In this document: positions 1 through 9,100 of the stretch, one piece after another | How positions within the stretch are numbered: the stretch's first letter is position 1 | How the letters are laid out: every line of letters begins with the position of its first letter | Assembly: GCA_965228475.1 (NCBI GenBank) | Contig: OZ245817.1 | Span: 1,440,001 to 1,504,000, forward strand | Length of the DNA: 64,000 nt | From: Myxococcota bacterium | Lineage (GTDB): Bacteria; Myxococcota_A; UBA9160; JAFDDA01 | Direction of reading: 5' to 3' | Made by a program: the position numbers and the translations under genes | Notes under the pieces: generated by a model | What the model saw: the letters and a program-made list of their open reading frames with translations, nothing else | What the model was told of the DNA's origin: nothing | Databases searched by the model: none

Positions 1-449
1 AGCCCTGTCCGCCCGGGCAGGTGGGCGATCTCGTCGTGACGAAGCTCCACGAGTTCGACATGCCCTTCATCCGCTACCGCATCGGCGACCGCTCGGCCTT
101 CCTGCCGGGACCGGGCCGCTTCGGTCTGCCGCGCATCACGCCGCTCGAGGGCCGCGTGGGGGACTTCGTGCTCGCGCCCGGGGGCCGCGCCATCCACGGC
201 GAGTTCTTCACGCACCTCTTCTACGGCGTCGCGGGCGTGCACCGCTTCCAGGTCCGGCAGCCCGAGCCCGACCGCCTGCGGATCCTCGTCGAGGGGGAGG
301 GCGTCCCGGGCACGGAGCTCGAACGGATTCGCGCCGCTTCGGCGGAGCACTTCGGGGGCGAGGTCTCGATCGAAGAAGTCGCGGAGATCCGGCCGGGGAA
401 CACCGGGAAGCACCGCTTCGTCCTACCCTACGACGGTTCGGGTGGTTGA
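1..449 (+). CDS. Phenylacetate-CoA ligase / CapK-like AMP-binding family protein, C-terminal part (5' truncated by window)
   Basis: GDLVVTKLHEFDMPFIRYRIGD...LEGRVGD...FQVRQ...GKHRFV matches the C-terminus of PaaK/CapK-like ligases common in polysaccharide loci; stop TGA at 447-449. Confidence 0.8.
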   Translation, partial: PCPPGQVGDLVVTKLHEFDMPFIRYRIGDRSAFLPGPGRFGLPRITPLEGRVGDFVLAPGGRAIHGEFFTHLFYGVAGVHRFQVRQPEPDRLRILVEGEGVPGTELERIRAASAEHFGGEVSIEEVAEIRPGNTGKHRFVLPYDGSGG

Positions 450-489
450 ACCGATCCGAGGGGGTTCCATGGGAGCGTGGCTCTTCGCG

Positions 490-3075
490 ATGCGTCGGCT
501 GACACCGGCTCGCGCGGCCCTGCAGCTCGCCTTTCTGGCCGCGGTCGCCGTCCCGGCCCTCGCTTTCGGCAGCGCCTGCGCCGGCTGTGCGCGGCCCGGC
601 GGCGCTTCGGAATGCGCGAGCTGCCCGGCGGAAATCCGCGCGGTCCTCGAGGGCAAGACCCGCATCGTCCGTCGCACGCCGGAGCTTCCCACGGACTGCC
701 TCGTCTTCGAGAGCGATCATCCGATGCTCCGCCCGGAGGGGCGCGAACGCTGGTCGGCCCCGCTCGACCGCGCCGAACTCGCCCACGCCGAACGCTACGG
801 CCGCAAGCGGGTCGTGGCCGCGCCGGCCTGCGCCGATCGGGCGGGCAGCCTGCCGTCGCACGTCGTCTTCAGCCGTCCCCTGACCCCGAGCGAGCGGGTG
901 CGCGACGACGGCTCGGCGAAGCCCATCGTCCGGGTCGATCCAGCGGCCCCGGGGTGTCTCGCCAAGCCGCGCGCGCCGCAGCTGCTTCGCGGCCGGGCTG
1001 CCTGCGGCCTGCGCGGCGCCGTCGAGGCGACGCGCGAGCTCGGTGGCGTGGTGATCGAAATCGCGGGGGGCACCTACGCCGAACCCCGGAGCCTGCGGCT
1101 CGGGCACGGGCAGGTCCTGGTCGCACGCAACGATGAGCCCGTCACCGTCACGGGCTGGGTCGACCTTTCGCGAGGGAACGGGCCTCGGCGGCCCTGGGTT
1201 CGCGCGTCGGACGGGCGCCTTGGAGGCCTGTTCGTCGTCGACTGGTCCGAGCATCAGTCCGTAGGCGGGTCGGACGCCAACCGGGCGCCCCTCGAGATCG
1301 ACGGCCGGAGCGTGCCGATGGCCCACCATTGGGAACCCGGCACGCGCGCTCCGGACGTGAACGAGATCGCGCTCTCGACCCACGACGCCGGGCGCGACGG
1401 CCCGGCCTTCATCCTGGCGAACCCCGGTCACCCGGCCACGTGCATGGATTCCGGCGTGAACGTCAAGTCGAAGGAGCATCGCTGCCTGCAGGGCGGCGTC
1501 GAGCTGGCCTGCAGCGAGTGCCGGCGCCGCGGGACGCCCGTCACCGCGCGTCAGGAGAAGGACGGCATCTGCCGCGCGCCGGCGAACGTGTGTGTTCCCA
1601 AGACGAACTGGCGCACCAGCAAGGCCGCCGCGCTCGATCTGTGCCGCCGGGAGCTCGGCGCAGGCGTGTCCCAGTGCCTGGTCCTGAAGCTTCCGCCCGG
1701 TCGCAGCCCCGCCGACTACCGCGTTCGGGCGTCGAACACGAGCCACGGCTTCCTGGTCTACAACGACCCGCGGACGCAGGCGACCGGGGTCGTCCTGCGG
1801 GGGCTTCGGCTCGAGAACTTCCCGGTCCGAACGACGCCGGCGGAGCGGGTCGACGTGCGAAGCGGGCTGATCGCCCGGCTCGACGGGCTCGAACTCGAGG
1901 CGACCCAGGTCTCCCTCCGCGGCGGGCACGCGGTACTCGAGAACAGCCACGGGGTTCGCGGCCGCCTGCGCGTGAGCAGCGGCAAGAAGCCGCTGCGCGG
2001 CACCTTCCTGCGCAACAACGTGCTCGAGCGCTACTACGGAAAACCCATTCAATGGCGGGACCCGAAACCCGGGACGCGCCCGGTCTCGCCCGCTTCACTC
2101 CATGGTCTCTTTCCGTTGTGCCGGACCTGCCCGGCCCCCACGCCCGGTTCCGGCCGGCCGGCCCTCTTCAGCGGTGAGGAGGACTTCGCGTCCTGGGATG
2201 GCTGGAACGGGATCCTCTTCAACGTCATCCGTCACGGGTCCGGCATCAACACCGAGGGATCGGGCAACCTGGTCGTCGTCGGCAACGCCTTCGAGAACGG
2301 CGGGGTCCAGGAGGGCATCATCGAACTCTGGCATCGTGCCGACCGCGTGTGGGTGCACCACAACTGGGCGCGGGACGGGATCGGGACGGGCGTCCAGATC
2401 CAGGGCCGGGTGACGGACCTCGTGGTGACCGACAACCAGCTGGTGCGGCAGCCGGGCCGCTTCGCGGACGGTGCCGGAACGGACCGCAGCGCCGAGGTCT
2501 GCGCGCGCCCGAACCGGCCGTGCGATGGTTCGCACTACGCGATCCTGTTCCAACCCAAGGGACAGCGCTGCGGTCGGGTGACCTTCGCCAACAACCTGGC
2601 CGTCGAGCCTCGCTTCGGTGGTTTCGCCTTCCACGGGTGCAACGACCTGACCATCCGCAACAACACGGTCGAAGGCGGGAAGCGTCCCTTCCTGATCGGC
2701 GCCTCCGAGATCCCCTCCCGCAACGTCCGGCTGATCGACAACGTGGCGATCGGACCCGTCGACACCGGGAAGGCCGCCCTCAGCTACTGGGAACGCGGCA
2801 CGCACCCGTTCCGGGCCGAGGAGTCGCGCGGCAACTACTTCGAGGGGTGCCGGGCCGGAGGGAAGGGTTGCCCTCGCATGCGCGGCGCCGCGCGGGTCGA
2901 AACGGATCGGGCCTGGTCGAGCCGTCCCGGTGCGTCGGGAGAGGTGCGCCGGGCGGTCGAGGGATGGGCCGGCCCCGACCGCTGCGGCGCCTCGCCGGAG
3001 GAGGCTTTTCGCCGGCCGGGCTTCAACGATCGGGCGGGACGTTGCGTGCCCGCTTCCGGTGCCCCGGCGCGTTGA
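490..3075 (+). CDS. Secreted Cys/Arg-rich protein with right-handed parallel beta-helix (pectin-lyase-like) repeats
   Basis: Signal-peptide-like MRRLTPARAALQLAFLAAVAVPALAFG; repeated beta-helix rungs (LVVVGNAFENG, VWVHHNWARDG, LVVTDNQL, VTFANNLA, LTIRNNTV, VRLIDNVA); the start could instead be 442 or 469. Confidence 0.65.
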   Translation: MRRLTPARAALQLAFLAAVAVPALAFGSACAGCARPGGASECASCPAEIRAVLEGKTRIVRRTPELPTDCLVFESDHPMLRPEGRERWSAPLDRAELAHAERYGRKRVVAAPACADRAGSLPSHVVFSRPLTPSERVRDDGSAKPIVRVDPAAPGCLAKPRAPQLLRGRAACGLRGAVEATRELGGVVIEIAGGTYAEPRSLRLGHGQVLVARNDEPVTVTGWVDLSRGNGPRRPWVRASDGRLGGLFVVDWSEHQSVGGSDANRAPLEIDGRSVPMAHHWEPGTRAPDVNEIALSTHDAGRDGPAFILANPGHPATCMDSGVNVKSKEHRCLQGGVELACSECRRRGTPVTARQEKDGICRAPANVCVPKTNWRTSKAAALDLCRRELGAGVSQCLVLKLPPGRSPADYRVRASNTSHGFLVYNDPRTQATGVVLRGLRLENFPVRTTPAERVDVRSGLIARLDGLELEATQVSLRGGHAVLENSHGVRGRLRVSSGKKPLRGTFLRNNVLERYYGKPIQWRDPKPGTRPVSPASLHGLFPLCRTCPAPTPGSGRPALFSGEEDFASWDGWNGILFNVIRHGSGINTEGSGNLVVVGNAFENGGVQEGIIELWHRADRVWVHHNWARDGIGTGVQIQGRVTDLVVTDNQLVRQPGRFADGAGTDRSAEVCARPNRPCDGSHYAILFQPKGQRCGRVTFANNLAVEPRFGGFAFHGCNDLTIRNNTVEGGKRPFLIGASEIPSRNVRLIDNVAIGPVDTGKAALSYWERGTHPFRAEESRGNYFEGCRAGGKGCPRMRGAARVETDRAWSSRPGASGEVRRAVEGWAGPDRCGASPEEAFRRPGFNDRAGRCVPASGAPAR

Positions 3076-3180
3076 ACCGCCCCCTGACGGTTGAAGAAGC
3101 CCGCCGGCCGGCCGATAAGCGACAAGGCCCGAGTCGGCCGCCATGCTAGCTTCCCGCCTCGCCGGATCTGCCGAATCGCC

Positions 3181-4599
3181 ATGCCGATGAACCACGACGT
3201 CACACTCGCCTGGACCGAAGAACGCTACCCGCCGACGGGCCCGAGCGACGGCGACGGCCCGATTCATCGCCTGCTGGCTGCGATGTTCGCCGCCTCCGGC
3301 AAGGACGCGGAGAACCCGTTCGCGGGCCAGGTCTCGCGGGGCGAACGCGTCGTCCTGAAGCCCAACTGGGTCCTCCACCAGAATCCCGACTGCGACGAGA
3401 TCGAATCCCTCGTGACCCACACGAGCGTGATCGAGGCGGTTGCAGACTTCGCCGCACGGGGCCTCGAGGGCGAGGGCGAGATCGTGATCGGCGATGCGCC
3501 GCTCCAGAGCTGCGACTTCGCGGCCCTCTGCTCGAGGGCCGGCGTCGACGCCGCGGTGGAAGCCCTCCGGCAGCGCTGGCCCGGAATCGACTTCTTCGTC
3601 GAAGACTGGCGGCTCACCCTGCTCGAAGACATGGACGATGCGGCGCACGCCGTGACGGCGCACCAGCGGCAACGATCGGACTATGCCGAGCGCGTCGACG
3701 ACCGCTACCGGCTCGTCGATCGGGGGCGGGAGAGCTTCCTCGAGGACACGGCGGACTACGCGGACGGCTACCGCGTGACCTGCTACAAGCCGAGCATGAT
3801 GTCCGCGCACCATCGCCCGGGCACCCACGAGTATCTCGTCACGCGCCGGATCTTCGACGCCGACCTCTTCATCAACCTCCCGAAGATGAAGACCCACATG
3901 AAGGCGGGCCTGACCGGTGCCCTCAAGAACCTGGTCGGAATCAACGGCCACAAGGAGTATCTCCCGCACCACATCAAGGGGGGGTACTTCGACGGGGGCG
4001 ACGGCTACGCGCGAAGCGACCGATTCCGCCGCATGCACGACGATCTCTACGACTACGCCTGGGAGAACCAGCAGGAGCACTCCCCGCGTCGGCGTCGGAC
4101 GCTCGAGTTCCTCATGAAGACCGTCTGGCGGCTCTCCCGGCTGACGGGGGATTCGATCAGCGAGGCCGGCTGGAGCGGCAACGACACGATCTGGCGGACC
4201 ACGCTGGACCTGAATCACGTGCTCTTCTTCAGCGAGGAGTCGCCGCGACACCTGCTCTCGATCGCCGACGGAATCATCGCCGGCGAAGGGCAGGGCCCGC
4301 TGCGGCCGATCGCGAAGCCCGCCGGGTTGCTGCTCATGGGCGAGAACCCGGCCTACGTCGACGCCGTGATCGGACGCCTCATGGGGTACAACCTCTCGCG
4401 CATCCCCACCGTGCACAACGCCATCTACGACCGGCGTTCGCGCTTCGCAGGGCCGCTGCTCGATGCCTACGAGGTCACGACGCTCGCGCGCGACGGCGCC
4501 GTCGGACGCGCGCCGCTCGCGTCCCTGCCGAACCTCGACTTCCGCAAGCCCCGGCACTGGGAGCGCGCGGAGAGCGGCGAGGCCGTTCGCGCGGCCTGA
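3181..4599 (+). CDS. DUF362 domain-containing protein
   Basis: VVLKPNWV...THTSVI, IVIGDAP, FINLPKMKTHMKAGLTGALKNLVG, DGIIAGEGQGP motifs typical of DUF362. Confidence 0.8.
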   Translation: MPMNHDVTLAWTEERYPPTGPSDGDGPIHRLLAAMFAASGKDAENPFAGQVSRGERVVLKPNWVLHQNPDCDEIESLVTHTSVIEAVADFAARGLEGEGEIVIGDAPLQSCDFAALCSRAGVDAAVEALRQRWPGIDFFVEDWRLTLLEDMDDAAHAVTAHQRQRSDYAERVDDRYRLVDRGRESFLEDTADYADGYRVTCYKPSMMSAHHRPGTHEYLVTRRIFDADLFINLPKMKTHMKAGLTGALKNLVGINGHKEYLPHHIKGGYFDGGDGYARSDRFRRMHDDLYDYAWENQQEHSPRRRRTLEFLMKTVWRLSRLTGDSISEAGWSGNDTIWRTTLDLNHVLFFSEESPRHLLSIADGIIAGEGQGPLRPIAKPAGLLLMGENPAYVDAVIGRLMGYNLSRIPTVHNAIYDRRSRFAGPLLDAYEVTTLARDGAVGRAPLASLPNLDFRKPRHWERAESGEAVRAA

Positions 4600-4604
4600 G
4601 GCCG

Positions 4605-6062
4605 CTAGGCGGGGTCCTTGCGGATCACCCGCAGCAGGACCATCGGCTCGAGCAGCCGGGTCGCCAGCAGGAACAGCCCGAACGCCACGAAGATTCCGGC
4701 CCGGAGCCCCATCCGCGGGAGGTCTTCGAGGTCGGCCGTCGCCAGGTGACCGGCCAGCACGACGAGTGCGGCCAGGCTGATCACCGCGAGCCGCCGCGTC
4801 TCGTAGGGGATCGGGTAGTAGCGGTGGGAGAGCACCCACCCCGCGATGCACAGGATTCCGTAGGAGAGCGCCGTCGCGGCGGCTGCGCCGTGGAAGCCGA
4901 AGGGCGGGATCAGCAGCCAGTTCAGGCCGAGGTTCGCGACTGCGGCGACGAGCACGCGAACCGGGAGCAGGAGCGTATTGCCCGTGATGTTCAGGCCGAG
5001 CTTGAGGAGGTCGCTCAACGCGAAGAGGAAGTAGGCGAACGCGAGGATCCCGACGGCCCCCGTCGCGGGATGGAAGTTCTCCGGGAAGAGCACCCGGACC
5101 GGAAGCTCGGCGAGCAACACCATTCCCGCGACCAGGAGCAGGCCTCCTGCGACGAACTGGGTCCCGAACCTGGCAAACTGGCTCGGGGCATCCTCCGGCT
5201 CCCGGCGAGCGATCTCGAAGTAGGCGCTCGGGAGCATGCCGAGCAGTGGGAGGAAGACCAACAGGTTGAGCGCGCCGGCGAGGCGGTCGGCGATGGAGTA
5301 GAGCCCGATGTCGGCCGGCTCGGCCAGGAACCGCAGGAAGTAGCGGTCCGAGAGGCTCAGCACGAAGAACGAAGCCGCGGAGCCCACCAGCGGCAGCCCG
5401 TATCGCAGCATCTCTCGCAGCTCGCTTCCCGAGAAGCGCGCGACGATGTGCCCGCGGACCAGGAAGAGGGCCAACGCGGTCGAGATCACCTCCGCCCCCG
5501 CGAGGCCGTAGATCAGACTCTCGAAGCCCCAGCCCAGCGGGATCAGCAGGTAGAGGACGATCCCCGCCCGGGCGAGGAAGTTCACGAGGCGGACCGCGCC
5601 CAGCGCACCGGCGCGGAACTGCGCCCGAAGGACCGACTCGCAGACCCCGGCCGCACCGTGCAGGAGGGTGACCGTCAGGCCGACGAGAACCAGACGCTCG
5701 TACTGGCCGTCGTCGAAGATCACCTCCGAGAGCCATGCCCGGCAGGCGGCGAGGACGCAGCAGAAGAGGAAGCCGCAGGCCAGCATGTACGCCAGGGCGG
5801 TGCTGCCCGAGATGCGCTGCGCCCCGGCGTCGTCCTGGTGGACGAAGTTGTAGCGGCGCAGGACGGCGCTCGGCATGCCCTGGCCGACGAGGAGCGTCGA
5901 GAGCATGACGCTGGTCGTGAGGAGTTCCGCGAGGCCGTAGTCGGCGGGGGTGAGGTACCGGGTGTAGACCGGGAGCAGCAGGAAGCCCGCGGCGGCCTGG
6001 ACGGCATTCGCGGCGGAGAGCACGGCGGTGCTCTTGATCAGCTTGCCGAAGGATTCACTCAT
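4605..6062 (-). CDS. Oligosaccharide flippase (Wzx/MOP family) polysaccharide biosynthesis protein
   Basis: FLLLPVYTRYLTPADYG; LRYGLPL; SDRYFL; IGLYSIA; LNWLLIPPFGFHGAAAAT; about 12-14 hydrophobic segments. Confidence 0.85.
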   Translation of the reverse strand: MSESFGKLIKSTAVLSAANAVQAAAGFLLLPVYTRYLTPADYGLAELLTTSVMLSTLLVGQGMPSAVLRRYNFVHQDDAGAQRISGSTALAYMLACGFLFCCVLAACRAWLSEVIFDDGQYERLVLVGLTVTLLHGAAGVCESVLRAQFRAGALGAVRLVNFLARAGIVLYLLIPLGWGFESLIYGLAGAEVISTALALFLVRGHIVARFSGSELREMLRYGLPLVGSAASFFVLSLSDRYFLRFLAEPADIGLYSIADRLAGALNLLVFLPLLGMLPSAYFEIARREPEDAPSQFARFGTQFVAGGLLLVAGMVLLAELPVRVLFPENFHPATGAVGILAFAYFLFALSDLLKLGLNITGNTLLLPVRVLVAAVANLGLNWLLIPPFGFHGAAAATALSYGILCIAGWVLSHRYYPIPYETRRLAVISLAALVVLAGHLATADLEDLPRMGLRAGIFVAFGLFLLATRLLEPMVLLRVIRKDPA

Positions 6063-7551
6063 CGGAAGCAGCGGAGCGGTCGGAACCGAACACGACCCCG
6101 GGGAGCTCGGCCCGAAGGAAGCGGTCGACGAGTTCGTCCGGCGGTGCGTCGGACCACACCATCCGCGCCTCGGGTCGCTCTGCGACCTCGGTGTAGAACG
6201 CGAGGAACTCGCGCATCGTCTCGGGGTCGAGATCCTGCTTGCGCTCCAGGATGACCTCCGGGTCGCCCAGCAGGACGACCATGTGATCCGGGCGCGGGTG
6301 GAGCCGCCAAAGGGCCCGGCAGAGCCGAGCGTTCCAGCGGACGCGGTGGTGCATCGAGCCGAGCAGGAGATCGTCGATGTAGCGGTCGGCGATGACCACG
6401 TGCCCGCGCATCTGGTCCCTGCGGACCCGGTAGAGCCGGACGGCGTACTCGAAGAACAGGAAGGTCAGGAAGGCGAGGAAGCGCAGCCGGTGGTAGGGCC
6501 GGAAGATTCGCCAGTAGCCCTCGGAGTGCCGGGCGACGCGGTCGAGCTCGGCTGCTTCCGACGGGGCGAGCGTGCCGCCGAGCATTCGCTTCAGGTGCAG
6601 GCGCGCGCCGACCGTTGCGCGGACGGGTGCTTCGCCCGCGGGCGGCGGGGACAGACTCCCGGCTCTCGGGATCTCTCTCTCGTGGACGCCGCCCGGGTAG
6701 AAACGCAGCAGGCGGTAGTGGCCCCAGGGGCCGAGGTAGATCGTCCGCGCCGAGAGTCCGGCCGTCTCCTCGATCGTGCGCTCGAGAAGATCGACGAAGG
6801 TGGACTTCCCCGTGCCATCGGCGCCGACCACGGCGATGAGCGGCCCGCGCCGGGCGAATCGCAGTTTGGCGAGGAGGCTCGACAGGCGGCCGTCGCGGTC
6901 GAACCGTCGGCGGGCCGGCAGGCGCTTCTCGAGCTGAGCGACGGTCGCCGCGCCGACCCTGGCGCAGGCGTCGGGCTGCTCCGCGAGGCTCTCGATCCGG
7001 TCCGCGATCTCCCCGCTCCAGATCTCGGCGAGCCCGACCGCCCGGAGCTGGCGGTCGATGCGCTCGAGATCGAGGGCGCCCGCCGAGAGCGTCCGGATCG
7101 TCCGGGCCTTCTCTTCGCGGATGCGCCCGCGCCGGATCAGCTCGTGGAACACGAGGTGGAGCACCGTGTCCTCGGGGCTCAGATGGTCGTAGCCGTCGGC
7201 CGCGACGCGGTGTTCGAGCACGTCGCGCGCGTCCAGGTAGACGAGGCCGTCCTGGACCATCTCGAGGTGGACGTCGATCACGTGGATCGCCAGGCCCGGG
7301 AGGGCCTTGAAGGCCACGAACTTGTGCTGGCCCGGGTCCGCGGGCGTCCGGGTGACGTAGCCGAGGTCTTCGAGCAGCCCGCGGAAGGTGCGTTCGTCGT
7401 CCGGGTGGACGAGCAGGTCGAGATCGCGCGGGGGCGGGTCGGCGAAGGGATCGTCGCGCAGGGCTGCCGCTCGGATGCTCCGGCTCCGGGTTCCCTCGAA
7501 CAAGGCCCGACTGGCTTCGCGCAGGGCTTCGTTCGCCGCGGAGTTCTTCAC
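6055..7551 (-). CDS. Fusion of nucleotidyltransferase-like N-domain and thymidylate-kinase-like P-loop C-domain
   Basis: N-terminal RDLDLLV...IDVH (Pol-beta NTase-like acidic triad); C-terminal VVGADGTGKST Walker A, VVIADRY, PRPD...ERKQD; stop overlaps the flippase start; GTG start. Confidence 0.7.
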   Translation of the reverse strand: MKNSAANEALREASRALFEGTRSRSIRAAALRDDPFADPPPRDLDLLVHPDDERTFRGLLEDLGYVTRTPADPGQHKFVAFKALPGLAIHVIDVHLEMVQDGLVYLDARDVLEHRVAADGYDHLSPEDTVLHLVFHELIRRGRIREEKARTIRTLSAGALDLERIDRQLRAVGLAEIWSGEIADRIESLAEQPDACARVGAATVAQLEKRLPARRRFDRDGRLSSLLAKLRFARRGPLIAVVGADGTGKSTFVDLLERTIEETAGLSARTIYLGPWGHYRLLRFYPGGVHEREIPRAGSLSPPPAGEAPVRATVGARLHLKRMLGGTLAPSEAAELDRVARHSEGYWRIFRPYHRLRFLAFLTFLFFEYAVRLYRVRRDQMRGHVVIADRYIDDLLLGSMHHRVRWNARLCRALWRLHPRPDHMVVLLGDPEVILERKQDLDPETMREFLAFYTEVAERPEARMVWSDAPPDELVDRFLRAELPGVVFGSDRSAASDE

Positions 7552-7558
7552 GGCCCGG

Positions 7559-7564
7559 ATTCTA
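7559..7564 (-). promoter_or_regulatory. -10 element TAGAAT 7 nt upstream of GTG start (leaderless-type promoter)
   Basis: Minus strand reads TAGAAT-CCGGGCC-GTG; no Shine-Dalgarno sequence between them. Confidence 0.5.
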
Positions 7565-7641
7565 CCGAGCCCCGTTGCGCCCGAAAGACCAAGTTCCGGC
7601 GTGCGGGCGCAGCGCCGAAGCCGCCCGGAGGAGGCGTCGCG

Positions 7642-9048
7642 CTAGCGGCGACGGCGCCGCAGGAGCAACAGGAGCGCAAGGCCCGGGGCCAACTCCACGC
7701 CGACGCCGCAGGCCTGCGCCTCGGCTCCGCGGTAGGGGTCGACGCACTGCGGGTCCGGCGGGCCGAGCACGTAGCCGAGTGCCGCAAGGCCCCCGTCGAA
7801 GTCGAACCCGCCGTCGCCGTCGTTGTCCTGGCCATCGTTGCAGGCCGGGGACTCGCTGGCGTTCACCCCCGCGTTCTTGCAACCCACGTCGGCCAGATCG
7901 ACGGTGCCGTCCGCATCGTCGTCCAGGCCGTTCGCGCACGCGGGAAGGAGGCTGCGTGGATCGAACGTCGCGTCGATCTGGAGCCCCATGGGTGTGGCGA
8001 TGTCCTGCCAGGGGACGACCTTGAAATTCTGGTTGTCCGAGCCGTTGCAGCAGTCCTGGGCGGCGAACAGGCCGCTCGGAAAGGCCGGCCCGAGGTTGGC
8101 GCTCGTCACGACGATGCCGTCCGTATCGGCCGCGCCGTCGATCGTCGGCCCGTCGACGATGTCGAACTTCCCGAGATAGGCGTTCGTGCCGGTGCGGTCG
8201 TAGACGTTGAACTCGTTCGCCCCCTGGCTCGAGGCGATCAGGTAGCCGGTGCCGGCCGTCGTGTAGTAGAGACTCAGCCCCTCGATGTCGGCCGTCAGGT
8301 TCCCGGTGCCGACGGTGTCGATGAGGGTGCGCGCGCTTCCGTCGGCGGGGCCGGCTCCGTAGCGCCACAGGGCGACGTTCTCCTCGCCGATGTAGAGCTG
8401 GTCGAGCTCGTCGTCGGCGACACAGCCTTCGACCTGGGTGCCGACGTCGAAGCTCCGCACGAGCGTGCCTTCGACGGCGCCGGAGCCGTCGTCGGTGAGT
8501 TCGTACTGCTCGACTTCGCCGTTCTTGGCGGTGACGTAGCCGTAGAACAGGCCCGTCGTCGTGCTGCGGTACATGCAGAAACCGTAGACGGTGATCCCGG
8601 TCGCGATGCCCCCTGGGACGGTGACGTTGGTCAGGAAGCCGGTGCTCGGGTCGATGCTCCAGACCTCGATCGTGTCGTTCGAGCGGTTGCTCCCCGCGAC
8701 GATGTCGACGACCTGTCCCCCGAGCTCGAAGCCGTAGCGGACCTCGATGTTGTTGATCTGCCCTTCGACGAGGTACTGCACCTCTGCGCCCGAGAGGTCG
8801 TAGGCCACGATCGCCGCGATCTTGTCGGTCCCGAAGATCAGGCTCGAGGCCCGGTTCGTCGGGTGGACCCAGACCGCGGGGTCGTCCGCCGCGTCGTTCG
8901 CATTGGGGACCGGGTCCGTCTCGACCGTCGCGAGCACGGACGTCTGGGCGGGGGCGGCCTGCGGGAGGGCGGCGGCGGCCAGGCAGAGGGCGGCGAAGAG
9001 GGGGATCGCGGATCGGCGTCGCAGGCGGGGTCGGTGTCGCAGGCGCAT
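7642..9048 (-). CDS. Beta-propeller 3-phytase with Cys/Asp repeats and C-terminal membrane sorting tail
   Basis: ETDPVP..DAADDPAVWVHP, GTDK, YGFCMY, QVEGCVADDE, ADIEGL, LIASSQG, DTDGI, NQNFKVVPW are Bacillus PhyC-type motifs; signal peptide; RBS AGGAGA and -10 TATGAT upstream; ends CGVGVELAPGLALLLLLRRRRR. Confidence 0.9.
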   Translation of the reverse strand: MRLRHRPRLRRRSAIPLFAALCLAAAALPQAAPAQTSVLATVETDPVPNANDAADDPAVWVHPTNRASSLIFGTDKIAAIVAYDLSGAEVQYLVEGQINNIEVRYGFELGGQVVDIVAGSNRSNDTIEVWSIDPSTGFLTNVTVPGGIATGITVYGFCMYRSTTTGLFYGYVTAKNGEVEQYELTDDGSGAVEGTLVRSFDVGTQVEGCVADDELDQLYIGEENVALWRYGAGPADGSARTLIDTVGTGNLTADIEGLSLYYTTAGTGYLIASSQGANEFNVYDRTGTNAYLGKFDIVDGPTIDGAADTDGIVVTSANLGPAFPSGLFAAQDCCNGSDNQNFKVVPWQDIATPMGLQIDATFDPRSLLPACANGLDDDADGTVDLADVGCKNAGVNASESPACNDGQDNDGDGGFDFDGGLAALGYVLGPPDPQCVDPYRGAEAQACGVGVELAPGLALLLLLRRRRR

Positions 9049-9100
9049 CGGACGTCTCCTCGTGTGCCGCCCATCATACCCCGGAGGCGGGTTCCCCTGC

